Assembly (NCBI GenBank): GCA_033762115.1
Contig: JANRLX010000058.1
Coordinates: 1-61,700, forward strand
Length of the DNA: 61,700 bases
Direction: 5' to 3'
Source: Verrucomicrobiota bacterium
GTDB lineage: Bacteria > Verrucomicrobiota > Verrucomicrobiia > Limisphaerales > SXQI01
Below the pieces are notes generated by a model. That model was not told the DNA's origin and searched no databases. It worked only from the letters and a program-made list of their open reading frames with translations. Position numbers and translations under genes: made by a program. The first letter of the stretch is position 1; the number at the start of each line of letters is the position of its first letter. This document shows, in pieces, positions 28,501-37,663 of the stretch.

Positions 28501-29629
28501 CGGGGTGAATGCCCAATCGACCAATGGAGCGATTACCAAGGTCCAGTATTATGTGGGTGAGACAAAAATCGGGGAGAGCACGACGCCGCCGTTCTCGATT
28601 GACTGGGCTCCAGAGCAGAATGGGAGTTTTGAAATTACCGCGTTTGCGACAGATGCAGCCAACCTGACCGGCAAGTCTGCGCCAGTGAGTATCACGGTGA
28701 TTGGCGCGGGAACTCCGGGGCTTCTGGCGGAATATTTTGACAACATAAATTTCACGGCCAAAAACCTGACGCGGGTTGATAGTACGATCAATTTTGACTG
28801 GGGCAACGGTTCGCCCGCACCTCAAATTGGTGAGAACACATTTTCTGTGCGCTGGACAGGGAGGGTGCGTCCGCAGTTCAGCCAGACTTACACCTTTTAT
28901 GTGACGGGGGATGACGGGATTCGTCTCTGGGTCAATAACCAGCTGGTGGTGAACGGGTGGATCGACCAGGCGCCAACGACGCACACAGGTAATATCATTC
29001 TCGCTGCAAACCAGCTTTATGATATCAGGATGGAGATGTACGAAAATGGCGGGGGTGCTTTTGCCAGGTTGGAATGGTCCAGCGCAAGCCGTCCACGACA
29101 GGTGATTCCGTCGAGCGCGTTATTGCCGCCGTTGCCGCCAAACAGCCCTCCCACGATCACGATTGCGAGCCCTGCAACAGGCACGACAATACCACAGCCG
29201 AACCGACTGCTGATCGAGGCGGATGTGAATGACACGGACAATAATCTGTCCAAGGTTGAATTCTATGCGAACGGGACGCGACTGGGTGAGGTGACCGCTG
29301 CACCGTATCAATGGTCATGGCCGTTCCCGGCGGTAGGCACTCATTCGCTGACAGCGAGGGCAACGGACGCAATGGGCGCATTCGCCACCTCGACAGCGGT
29401 ATCGGTTGTGATTACGCCGCTGACAATTCCGATGCCTGTGATCACGTCAGGTGTGATGCATCTGGAATTTCCGGTGGCAAATGGCACTCGTTACCGAGTC
29501 GAGCGTTCTGTGGATTTGGTCGAGTGGGAGACCGCACAGGAAATTGATTCCGTGAACGGCCAGATTGTATTCAGTGAGGCATTGTTGCCCACAGGCCATC
29601 GGTTCTATCGAATTTTGCCAATCGAATAA
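25538..29629 (+). CDS. secreted multidomain protein: PQQ-type sugar dehydrogenase (GSDH) propeller, diheme cytochrome c with lectin-like insert, Ig-PA14-Ig, PVC-type C-terminal tail
   Basis: HNGGG, GDD, LRIDVD, IPNDNPF, GLRSPHR, GDVG, GGYVYRG; NSPLWSDGAVK, LETR; DIWGNSDQF-KAGLMVR-TWLRL insert; CLSCH, CSHCH; DWGNGSP-FSVRWTG-DDGIRL; RFYRI. Confidence 0.85.
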   Translation: MRLNFHALFSLVLGWSIGVNAIAAEPYGLETRPSFQAFNGTNLPPVAPTFSGNWSAVVAFPNLTFLNAMGLIPVPGTTNLAVWEREGRIYQFPNDRNTSSKTLVLDISNQCQGWDDSGLMGIAYHPGFVTNRYLFVYYTYVTPGTVQGSANGRPPTSLPNRDRLERYTLDANGVAIPGSVVIFIDQISETVWHNGGGMFFHPENGFLYLTNGDDARGQNNQRINTSLHSGVLRIDVDQRGGSISHPIPRQPLPAGSRTANYYIPNDNPFVGQAGVLEEFFAIGLRSPHRMTIDPPTGRIFIGDVGEGSWEELDVIEPNEAAPLNFQWNRIEGKRGNMTPPYIGIDRPPILDYSHSEGAAIIGGYVYRGKEFAADLGGKYIFGDNIANVVWVLDESTSPVSKRLLCTVPRGSGPNAGNDYVGLSSFGIDHDNELYLCQLSSLGGRIYKLERGGPAAPQMPALLSQAGVFKNLTNLEPADGFVKYNVNSPLWSDGAVKTRWFAIPDGKKISFSTNGEWSFPDGSVWLKHFELPNNETNAESRHRLETRILVRDTNGYVYGASYKWRPDFSDADIVNGAVSENISIKLPKQAGELTSADIGGPAAGSTTTLSDGYELRAGGADIWGNSDQFRYAYEQRSGDFDVRVRVESLTQTDLYTKAGLMVRDTLAANARHIFALVFPSNAARNNNDGGYEFQSRDTVGGNATAIYPPAPQPRVGFPNTWLRLKREGNIWTAYSSSDGEVWQLYATKTLALPSTIYFGLAVTAHTGSGALATARFHFQESRMQQWVFPSRQDCLSCHTRAAGGVLGMKTRQSNCDITFSQTGVTDNQIRAWNHAGYFEPGVDEAAIPEMLKLVTVTNETAELEFRVRSYLDANCSHCHRPGGARANWDARIETPLGLANIVGGSVAETLGVPGAQNVAPQDLARSIMHKRISTATESYKMPPLAKNVVDRPAVDAIAAWINTLSAPPQVAMTSPVNGGLYYSPVTLRLGVNAQSTNGAITKVQYYVGETKIGESTTPPFSIDWAPEQNGSFEITAFATDAANLTGKSAPVSITVIGAGTPGLLAEYFDNINFTAKNLTRVDSTINFDWGNGSPAPQIGENTFSVRWTGRVRPQFSQTYTFYVTGDDGIRLWVNNQLVVNGWIDQAPTTHTGNIILAANQLYDIRMEMYENGGGAFARLEWSSASRPRQVIPSSALLPPLPPNSPPTITIASPATGTTIPQPNRLLIEADVNDTDNNLSKVEFYANGTRLGEVTAAPYQWSWPFPAVGTHSLTARATDAMGAFATSTAVSVVITPLTIPMPVITSGVMHLEFPVANGTRYRVERSVDLVEWETAQEIDSVNGQIVFSEALLPTGHRFYRILPIE

Positions 29630-29784
29630 GCGGTCGAGATGCTGAATCGATGCGATAGCGACGATTCAGCATTTACAGCTGAAGAACGTGCTTCACCGGT
29701 TGAGTGACAGGGCAAACCTTGCGGCTGGTGAAGCGATAAAAAGAACTTCCTTTCTCTGGCGGGGATGGTTTCATCCAGCGGTTT

Positions 29785-30711
29785 ATGCAGAAAACCGCAT
29801 TGATTTTTGCCGGACAGGGAGCCCAAAGCGTGGGGATGGGGAAGGATTTTGCCGAGACTGGCGCGGGTAAAACGTTTTTCGATCGTGCCAACCAGATCCT
29901 CGGTTATGACCTCGCTTCGATTTGTTTCAATGGCCCGGAAGCTGAGTTGACAAAGACGGAGAATGCCCAACCGGGCATTTACCTGGTGAGTTGGATTGCT
30001 TTTGAATTGCTCAAGGAACGAGTGCCGGCAGTTTCTTTCCAGGCCACCGCAGGATTGTCATTGGGAGAGTTTACCGCCCTGGCTGCGGCAGGTGTGATGT
30101 CGTTCGAGGATGGTTTGCAGATTGTTCGCCAGCGGGGGCGTTTCATGCAGGAGGCATGCGAGGTAACACAGGGAGGAATGGCGGCGATTATCGGGCTGGA
30201 TGAAGCTGCCACAAGGGAGGTCTGCCAGGCAAGCGGGGTGGAACTGGCGAACCTGAATTGTCCGGGGCAGATCGTGATTTCAGGCGAAGCGAACAAAATT
30301 GCGGCGGCCTGTGAGCTGGCAAAAAGCCGAGGGGCGAAGCGGGCCCTTCCGTTGCAAGTCGCAGGGGCATATCACTCGCAATTGATGGCGAGTGCCCAAC
30401 CGAAGCTGGAAGGTGCGCTGGCGCAGATCCCGTTGCATCTTCCCTCGGTGCCGGTGATCAGCAATGTCACAGCCCGACCGCACCATACGGCATCTGAAAT
30501 CCATGAAAAGCTGGTGGAGCAGGTGACATCGTCCGTGCGCTGGGAAGATTCGATGAGATATTTGATTGGTGAGGGTTTCACCCGGTTTATTGAACTGGGG
30601 CCTGGGACGGCTTTAAGCGGATTCATGAAACGAATCGATAAGGGAATTGCCTGTTATAATGTGGCTGATGCGGCAAGCCTTGAAGCCACCGTGGCGGCTT
30701 TGGGAAAGTAA
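29785..30711 (+). CDS. fabD: malonyl-CoA:ACP transacylase
   Basis: FAGQGAQ, TENAQP, GLSLGEF, RGRFMQ, GAYHS, VRW, ELGPG. Confidence 0.95.
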   Translation: MQKTALIFAGQGAQSVGMGKDFAETGAGKTFFDRANQILGYDLASICFNGPEAELTKTENAQPGIYLVSWIAFELLKERVPAVSFQATAGLSLGEFTALAAAGVMSFEDGLQIVRQRGRFMQEACEVTQGGMAAIIGLDEAATREVCQASGVELANLNCPGQIVISGEANKIAAACELAKSRGAKRALPLQVAGAYHSQLMASAQPKLEGALAQIPLHLPSVPVISNVTARPHHTASEIHEKLVEQVTSSVRWEDSMRYLIGEGFTRFIELGPGTALSGFMKRIDKGIACYNVADAASLEATVAALGK

Positions 30712-30800
30712 GAAAAAACGATCTCAGGGTTTGCTCTAACAAAGAATACCGCTTGCTACGGGTTGTGAGGCCGACCGAATTCAAGGTAGGAATAGTGGAG

Positions 30801-30968
30801 ATGAAAACCGTGCTGCAAAACACAAAAACCGGACTCTACCTGCAAAAGCTTGGTCAATGGACCACGAGTTCGATTCGAGCTCATGCGTTTAACGATCCGT
30901 TATCAGCAATGGTTTTTGCCGAGAAGAATGATGTCCAGAATGTGAAGCCGGTTTCGCGGCTTGAATGA
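30801..30968 (+). CDS. small hypothetical protein (55 aa)
   Basis: GGAG immediately before ATG; MKTVLQNTKTGLYLQKLGQWT-AHAF. Confidence 0.55.
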   Translation: MKTVLQNTKTGLYLQKLGQWTTSSIRAHAFNDPLSAMVFAEKNDVQNVKPVSRLE

Positions 30969-30981
30969 TCTTCCCGATTTT

Positions 30982-31710
30982 CTAGCGGCTGCGGAGCTTG
31001 GAAAGGAGACGCAGCATTTCAACGTAAAGCCAGATCAAGGTGACCAGGAGGCCAAAGGCGGCGTACCATTCCATGTAGCGTGGCGCACCTGAGTCCGCGC
31101 CGGATTCGATGAAGTCAAAATCGAGAACGAGGTTCAAGGCAGCGATGACCACCACGAAGAGGCTGAAGCCGATGCCGATAAGGCCGCTTTCATGGATGTA
31201 AGGGACCTTGATCCCAAATAATCCAAGGATGATGGTGGCAAGGTAAACAATGGCAATGCCACCAGTTGCGGCAAAGACACCGAGCCTGAAATTCTGGGTG
31301 GCCTTGATCAGGCCAGTGCGGTAGGCGAACAGGAGGGCAAAAAGTGTGCCGATGGTCAGACCGGCAGCCGAAACGACGATTCCTTTATATTTGGCTTCAA
31401 AGATGGCGGAAAGTGCACCGAGGAAAAGTCCTTCAGCGACGGCATAAAGCGGAGCGGTGATGGGAGCTGCCTGGGTTTTAAAAATGGTAATCAATGCCAG
31501 GATGAGCCCGGCGATGAGGGAGCCAATCATCCAGCCTGAAACATTGACGCCGGTTGTGTAGAGATGCCAGGTGTAAGTGCCGGAACAAACAACAAGAAAA
31601 AGAAGGGCGGCAGTTTTCTGGACGGTGCCATTGATGGTCATGGCATCGGCGCCGGCAAAGCCGGTGTTTGAAAATGTTTTTGTATTGAGGGCTGGATTTG
31701 CCGTTCTCAT
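30982..31710 (-). CDS. Bax inhibitor-1/YccA family membrane protein
   Basis: MRTANPAL, MTINGT, LNLVLDFD, EWYAAFGLLVTLIWLYVEMLRLL. Confidence 0.9.
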   Translation of the reverse strand: MRTANPALNTKTFSNTGFAGADAMTINGTVQKTAALLFLVVCSGTYTWHLYTTGVNVSGWMIGSLIAGLILALITIFKTQAAPITAPLYAVAEGLFLGALSAIFEAKYKGIVVSAAGLTIGTLFALLFAYRTGLIKATQNFRLGVFAATGGIAIVYLATIILGLFGIKVPYIHESGLIGIGFSLFVVVIAALNLVLDFDFIESGADSGAPRYMEWYAAFGLLVTLIWLYVEMLRLLSKLRSR

Positions 31711-31820
31711 AGTGATGTGCTAATGCAATTCGGGAGAAAAGAAAAGTCCAATATTGTTGACTAACCGGGGTTAAACGGGTTAGTCGGCAGGACATTGTTG
31801 GTCGCGCAAGCGCTTATTTG

Positions 31821-32849
31821 ATGAAAGACCTGATAAAACGCAGCAGTTTCCTAAATCCCCTTCCGCTTTCGTACATTGTCATTGTGGTCATGCTGTTGCT
31901 GGTGGGATGGTTGCATCTGGCAACGCCACTGCTGACGGTGTTGTTTGCCTATTTTGCGCTGACGAAGCTCCATGTGTTTCGCAATAAATGGATCACGATC
32001 GTGATTTTTTCCCTCCTGGTTTCGTCGCTGCTTTATGGTTTTGGCTATTTTGTCAAGCAGGCGCTGAAAGGACTTCCTGAAATTGCACATCAAACTGTTC
32101 TTCATACGACGGCGTATGCGGAAAAGCATAATCTTGAGCTTCCATTTACGGATGTGGAAGGGTTGAAAGCGTTGGCGATGGACAAGTTCAAGGGGCAATA
32201 TAAAATGTTGGGAAGTTTTGCCAAGACAGCAGCAATGGAAATTGCCCTGCTGCTGATTGGGTGCGTGGTGGCAGCAAGCGTGTTCAAAAATCCGCAACTG
32301 GACCTTGAACGGGGGAGCCACCGGGTCCGCAACAATCTTTATTCCCTGACCTGTGACCAGGTGGTGAGGCGTTTTCGAGGATTTTACCAAAGCTTTGCAA
32401 CTGTAATGGGAGCGCAGATCACGATCTCAGCGATCAATACGGTGCTGACATCGATTTTCGTTTTTGCAGTGGGGCTGCCTTATGCGGTGGTGATTGTAGG
32501 GGTGACGTTTCTATGTGGGTTATTGCCGATCATCGGGAATATCTTGAGCAACACCGTGATTGTGGCGATTGCATTCACGGTTTCCCCTCAGTTGGCGGTG
32601 GCGTCACTGGTTTTTCTCGTTGTGCTGCACAAAATGGAATATTTTCTTAACAGCAAAATCATTGGTGAACGGATAAAAAACCCGGTTTGGCTGACATTGC
32701 TGGGGCTGGTGCTTGGGGAACGGCTTATGGGAATACCGGGAATGATTCTTGCGCCGGTGGTTTTGCATTACATCAAGGTGGAGTCATCGAGGATTGAGGT
32801 GCAGTACACGGCACCCATCGATGATGAAAATGAGCTGCCGGTGCCGTGA
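31821..32849 (+). CDS. AI-2E family transporter
   Basis: Multi-TM; GAQITISAIN, GLLPIIGN, HKMEYFLNSKIIG, GIPGMILAP. Confidence 0.85.
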   Translation: MKDLIKRSSFLNPLPLSYIVIVVMLLLVGWLHLATPLLTVLFAYFALTKLHVFRNKWITIVIFSLLVSSLLYGFGYFVKQALKGLPEIAHQTVLHTTAYAEKHNLELPFTDVEGLKALAMDKFKGQYKMLGSFAKTAAMEIALLLIGCVVAASVFKNPQLDLERGSHRVRNNLYSLTCDQVVRRFRGFYQSFATVMGAQITISAINTVLTSIFVFAVGLPYAVVIVGVTFLCGLLPIIGNILSNTVIVAIAFTVSPQLAVASLVFLVVLHKMEYFLNSKIIGERIKNPVWLTLLGLVLGERLMGIPGMILAPVVLHYIKVESSRIEVQYTAPIDDENELPVP

Positions 32850-33899
32850 TTACCGGGGCCTGATCAGTTCAGGCGTGGCTGTGCCCTGGGCGACCTGTTT
32901 TTCACGCAAGCGTTTCAGGGTGTGTTCGCGCAATGATTCATCAAAAAGATCCCGGTTGATGGCCTGGCCTGCGGCGGCGCCATCTCCCGCAGCGATGATC
33001 ATCTGGCAATTGGCCTGGGTAACACAGCCTGCGGCGTAGACTCCGGGAATGTTCGTGCGCTGTTTCGCGTCGACAATGATCTGCCCTTCCTCGTCGAGTT
33101 CAACATTCAGCTGGCGGGCGAGCGAATTATGGAAAATATCGCCACGAGTGGTGAAGAGATAATCGACTTTTGCCTCGGCGCCGTCTGAAAAGCGAATGAT
33201 TTCGAGGGTGCCGCGAACATGTTCCACGTCACAGATTTTTTCGGAGTAAACGGGGATTTCATACTCGTGGATCCACTCGGCGTGCTGAGTGTCCCATTTT
33301 GGGGGCTGGCCATCTGTGGCGAGCATGATGCAGGGGGAATAAAGCAGCATTCCGAGGGCATATTCCACCGCATCATTGTTTCTCCCGACGATCAGGACTT
33401 TTCGATCTTTGACACGCCAGCCGTCGCAATCCTTGCAAAAGAAAAAGCTTTGCCCCAGGCATTCGTCCACTGCGGGAATTTGAGGTGGCAAATGGTAAAG
33501 GCCGGTCGAGAGCAGGACCCGTTTTGCATTTAATGAGCAATGGAGACCCTGGACGGAAAAGTGGCCAACGCTGCCGGAAATGGAATGGACTTCCTCCTTG
33601 AGAAATTTGATGCCGTAACGTGTGGCCTGTTCCCGGCCTAGTTTCAAAAGCTCGGGACCGGCGATACCCTCAGGGAAACCGAGATAATTTTGAACGTGCG
33701 GTTCCCAGATGGCGAGGGACTCTCCAGCATCCACAATGAGAGATTTTCGCAATGCCCGCCCAAGATAGATGGCCGCGGAGAGCCCAGCAATGCCACCTCC
33801 GACAATGATTGCGTCCCAATCATTCTCGAGCGAGTCAGCAGGGGCGGCTTCATGCTGCGCCATTGGTTCGAGAACGCTGCTGTAACTGGGCTGGGTCAT
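32850..33899 (-). CDS. NAD(P)/FAD-dependent oxidoreductase (thioredoxin reductase-like)
   Basis: IVGGGIAG, NYLGFPEG, CKDCDG, TNIPGVYAAG. Confidence 0.88.
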   Translation of the reverse strand: MTQPSYSSVLEPMAQHEAAPADSLENDWDAIIVGGGIAGLSAAIYLGRALRKSLIVDAGESLAIWEPHVQNYLGFPEGIAGPELLKLGREQATRYGIKFLKEEVHSISGSVGHFSVQGLHCSLNAKRVLLSTGLYHLPPQIPAVDECLGQSFFFCKDCDGWRVKDRKVLIVGRNNDAVEYALGMLLYSPCIMLATDGQPPKWDTQHAEWIHEYEIPVYSEKICDVEHVRGTLEIIRFSDGAEAKVDYLFTTRGDIFHNSLARQLNVELDEEGQIIVDAKQRTNIPGVYAAGCVTQANCQMIIAAGDGAAAGQAINRDLFDESLREHTLKRLREKQVAQGTATPELIRPR

Positions 33900-33906
33900 C
33901 AGAAGG

Positions 33907-35028
33907 TCAGTGCGGGCTCTTGACGTTGACGAGCCGGGGCTCTTTGGAGGCGGGCTTGCGAATTTCCTGGCGGATGGAGGGACGATCTTTTTTTGTGAAT
34001 GGCTTAAGGCGCACAGCTTTTCCAGTGCGCGCGGAGCGATGGATTGCCTCGATGATCCGAATATCTGCCAGCCCTTCCCAGCCGGATGGTTCCGGTTGCC
34101 TGTTCTTCAAAATACAATCAGAGAAGTAGGAAATTTCAGCAGCGAACTGGTCCCGTTTAGGGAAAACCTGCTTTTTTGCCTTGCCGTCAATGGTGAGTTC
34201 CATCGCGAGAGGCTCGGCGTATTCATAGGCAGGGTCGACCCGGAGCGTGCCCTTGGTACCGATCACTTCAAAATAGCCTGAATCAGCAGCCCCGAAACTG
34301 CATGTGAAGCTGGCGAGACGTTCTCCAGGGAAGCGCATGATCACACTGGCCATTTCCTCGACCTCTTTGAAACGCCGTTCCTTGTTCGATGCGGTGAAGG
34401 CGGACACCTCTTCCGGTTCTGCCTGGAAGATGTAACGGGCGGCATTGATGCAATAAGTGCCAATATCATAAACAGGGCCGCCGCCGCGTGCTTTTTTCAA
34501 CCGGATATTCTCCTGGTCGGTGACATGAAAGCTGAAGAGAGAATTGAAGATGCGCGGTTCTCCAATTTTTTTGCTTTTGATCAATTCGATGGCGCGAAGA
34601 TTGGTTTCCTCGGTGTGCAACCGATAAGCGGTCATGAATTTGACGCCGCTCTTTTGGGCGGCCTGGATCATCGCGAGACAATCCTTTTCTGTCAGGGCGA
34701 GAGGTTTTTCACAAAGGACATGGACTTTTGCCCTGGCTGCGCGAATCGTGAATTCGCGATGCATGTCATTGGGGAGTGCAATAAATACTGCATCGACATT
34801 CTCACTGGCGAGGCATTCATCCAGTTGTTCATAGGAATAAACCGCAGGAACTTTGTACTCCCGTGATTTGACCTTCAGCTTGATCGGGTCGCCCGACACC
34901 AGGGCAACCAATTCGGAATTATTACTTGCGGCGGCGAATGCTGGAAGGATCGCGATTTGTGCGATATGTCCCAAAGCAACGACAGCGTACCTAACCTTAC
35001 GGTTTTTCCCGGGAGTCCCTTCACCCAT
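33907..35028 (-). CDS. Gfo/Idh/MocA family oxidoreductase
   Basis: RYAVVALGHI, DAVFIALPN, HVLCEKP, DIGTYCINAAR. Confidence 0.9.
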   Translation of the reverse strand: MGEGTPGKNRKVRYAVVALGHIAQIAILPAFAAASNNSELVALVSGDPIKLKVKSREYKVPAVYSYEQLDECLASENVDAVFIALPNDMHREFTIRAARAKVHVLCEKPLALTEKDCLAMIQAAQKSGVKFMTAYRLHTEETNLRAIELIKSKKIGEPRIFNSLFSFHVTDQENIRLKKARGGGPVYDIGTYCINAARYIFQAEPEEVSAFTASNKERRFKEVEEMASVIMRFPGERLASFTCSFGAADSGYFEVIGTKGTLRVDPAYEYAEPLAMELTIDGKAKKQVFPKRDQFAAEISYFSDCILKNRQPEPSGWEGLADIRIIEAIHRSARTGKAVRLKPFTKKDRPSIRQEIRKPASKEPRLVNVKSPH

Positions 35029-35115
35029 AAATCTCCTTAATTTTGCCCCGGTTTTGTTGGCCGGGTAATTGGCCGTGGACGACCACCCAAATGTGGAGGC
35101 AAAGATTTTCTCATG

Positions 35116-35460
35116 TCAACGCTTTGAAGCACGTTTTTCGCTGGAACCTTTTGCGCCAGACGCTTTGGAGGGCTTTTGATGTCCATAGCCCAACTGTTTT
35201 GTGGAAATTATTTTAGACCGGGGAGATTTTTCAGGCGCCCTGTTCTTCTTCCTTGAGAGGGTTCGTTTCGTGCTGGTTTTGCTGGCGCGAGCACGGTCCT
35301 GTTCACCCACATTATCTTTTTTGCTTCGTTTAGTGCCTGTGGCCCGGGTGCCAAGACGTTTCATGATTTTTGCGCTGGCAGCCTGGTCACTGAGGGGGGC
35401 AGAACCCGCAGAAGATTTTTTTGAATGAGTTGCCACGGTACTTTTCGATTTGGTCTTCAT
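35116..35460 (-). CDS. small Lys/Ser/Arg-rich basic hypothetical protein
   Basis: ORF fills intergenic gap; low-complexity basic composition. Confidence 0.45.
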   Translation of the reverse strand: MKTKSKSTVATHSKKSSAGSAPLSDQAASAKIMKRLGTRATGTKRSKKDNVGEQDRARASKTSTKRTLSRKKNRAPEKSPRSKIISTKQLGYGHQKPSKASGAKGSSEKRASKR

Positions 35461-35652
35461 GTCCGGCCATGGATATCCATCAATTTCAGGAGGCTCCTTC
35501 TGGCTCAAAGAACTAAAAGGGCAGTCAACGTCGAACGCAACTCGGGTATAACCCGTGATATCAGGTAGTGGGACAGAGTAGCGGGACCGCTGGTTTCCCC
35601 GCTATTCACCCATAGAATGCTGCTGCACCATCCTACCGGCAGAACTTTTACG

Positions 35653-36921
35653 ATGAGAATTCTTTACGTCCATGAACGGCTGGGGGCGCTGGGGGGCGCG
35701 GAGGCCAATGCCCGAATTACCGCAGAATCTCTCAAGGAACGGGGGCACAGTGTCGGTTGTCTTCACGGGCCGGGAACCGGCAAGGGAGAAGAGCAATGGA
35801 AGCAGGCATTTAATTTTTTATACCCGTTGGAGGGATGGAGTGAAGGTCGGTTGCTGGAAGTCATTAAAGAATTTCAACCGGACATTTTTTACATTCATAA
35901 AATGCCCGACCTGCAACTGATCGAGTTGCTTCTCAAGACTGGTGTGCCGATGGTGCGAATGGTGCATGACCATGATATCTACTGCATGCGGAGTTATAAA
36001 TATCATTACTTTTCCAGGAAGATATGCACTCGCGCGGCCTCGTGGTACTGCCTTTTTCCGTGCGCTGGAATGGTGGTGAAAAATCATGGGGCAGGTTTGC
36101 CGGTCAAATTTTTGAGTTTCAGGGAAAAGCTCCGGGAAATACGGTTAAACCAGCAGTTTGACCGGATGGTGGTGGTTTCCAATTACATGCGTGAAGAGCT
36201 GTTGAAAAATGGTTTTGATGGCTCCCGAATTGAAATTCATCCGCCGGTCCCTCGCATGCCCGCGACGAACATCCAAAGCAGTTTTAGTGATCGGAATTTA
36301 ATCATTTATGCAGGGCAGATCATTCGTGGAAAGGGAGTGGATGTGCTCATCCGCGCCCTGGCCCAAATAAAAACTCATTTTGAATGCGTGGTGCTTGGAG
36401 ATGGAAATCACAAGAGGTATTGTGAAGAACTGGTCCAAAAGCTGGGACTATCCAATCGAGTAAAGTTCGAGGGGTTTATTCCACAGGAAAAGCTTACTGC
36501 GTATTACAAGGATTGTTCGGTGATTGCCTTGAGTTCCGTATGGCCGGAGCCGATTGCCACGATTGGCCTTGAAGTGATGCGTTATGGATTGCCTGTAGTG
36601 GCGTTTGATGCGGGGGGAATCCGGGATTGGTTGAAGGATGGGGAAAATGGGTTTCTTGTGCCCTGGATGAAAATCGACGATTATGCGGCGCGACTTGAAC
36701 AATTGCTAAATGACAAGGAGCTGGCGCGGCGCATGGGGAAGAATGGACTAAACCTTGTGAACAGCCGCTACCATTATTCGTCCTACATTCTGGATTTGGA
36801 GGAGATGTTTGAAAGGGTTATTGCGTCCAAATCAACGACATCAGAACCACGATTGAGGACATCAAGGGGATCAGAGGCAAAGGCCCAGGGAAGTGTGTTG
36901 ACGATAGCAGCCATTCCCTGA
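35653..36921 (+). CDS. glycosyltransferase family 4
   Basis: MRILYVHE-GGAE, GQIIRGKG, SVWPEP, GLEVMRYGLPVVAFDAGG. Confidence 0.9.
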   Translation: MRILYVHERLGALGGAEANARITAESLKERGHSVGCLHGPGTGKGEEQWKQAFNFLYPLEGWSEGRLLEVIKEFQPDIFYIHKMPDLQLIELLLKTGVPMVRMVHDHDIYCMRSYKYHYFSRKICTRAASWYCLFPCAGMVVKNHGAGLPVKFLSFREKLREIRLNQQFDRMVVVSNYMREELLKNGFDGSRIEIHPPVPRMPATNIQSSFSDRNLIIYAGQIIRGKGVDVLIRALAQIKTHFECVVLGDGNHKRYCEELVQKLGLSNRVKFEGFIPQEKLTAYYKDCSVIALSSVWPEPIATIGLEVMRYGLPVVAFDAGGIRDWLKDGENGFLVPWMKIDDYAARLEQLLNDKELARRMGKNGLNLVNSRYHYSSYILDLEEMFERVIASKSTTSEPRLRTSRGSEAKAQGSVLTIAAIP

Positions 36922-37024
36922 GGCGTGAGCGGGGAAATTCCGTTTGATCAAAGGTGCCGTCCCTCATTGTAACGAGACTGTCATTTTTCTAGCGTAGAAA
37001 TGTTCCTGGGGAGGAACATTGCAA

Positions 37025-37663
37025 ATGAAAAGGATGGCAATACCGCTGCCGAAGGTGGTGGCGATTGCAGGTGGCAGTTGCGCGGGCAAAAGCTGGCTGG
37101 CTGAACACCTTCAGAAACGCTTGGAAATTCCAAGCGCCCGATTGTCTCTCGACAGCTTTTATCGAGATCGTGCGGGCCTGACTCCTGCGGAACTGGCAAG
37201 AGTCAACTTTGATGATCCGTGTGCGATTGAATGGCCGCTGGTCGAAAAGGCGCTGCACCATTTTCTTCATCGGGAACGGGTTTGTGCCCCGCGTTATCAA
37301 TTCAAAACTCATTCGCGTGCTGAGCAACCGGAGTTGATCGAACCAGGGGAGATTCTCTTTTTGGAGGGCCTCTGGGTATTGAGCCAGGAATCGATCCGTT
37401 CGCTTTGCGCTTTGAAAATATTCATTAGCGCGGAGGCTGACCTTTGCCTGGACCGGCGGATTGCGCGGGACATCGCCGAAAGAGGACGCACTGAAAAGGA
37501 GATTTGCGCGCAGTTTCATAACACGGTTCGACCGATGCATGATCGTTTTGTGGAGCCACAGAAAAATTACGCGGACATTGTGCTCCAGGCGCCTATTTCT
37601 CCCCGGGAAATAGAAAAGATTTTGAACAGGATCAAGGAATTGTCAAAGAACCAGAATTTATGA
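37025..37663 (+). CDS. uridine kinase family protein
   Basis: AIAGGSCAGKS Walker A, LDSFYRD, NFDDP, LEGL, RRIARD-ERGR, PMH-FVEPQK-AD. Confidence 0.85.
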   Translation: MKRMAIPLPKVVAIAGGSCAGKSWLAEHLQKRLEIPSARLSLDSFYRDRAGLTPAELARVNFDDPCAIEWPLVEKALHHFLHRERVCAPRYQFKTHSRAEQPELIEPGEILFLEGLWVLSQESIRSLCALKIFISAEADLCLDRRIARDIAERGRTEKEICAQFHNTVRPMHDRFVEPQKNYADIVLQAPISPREIEKILNRIKELSKNQNL

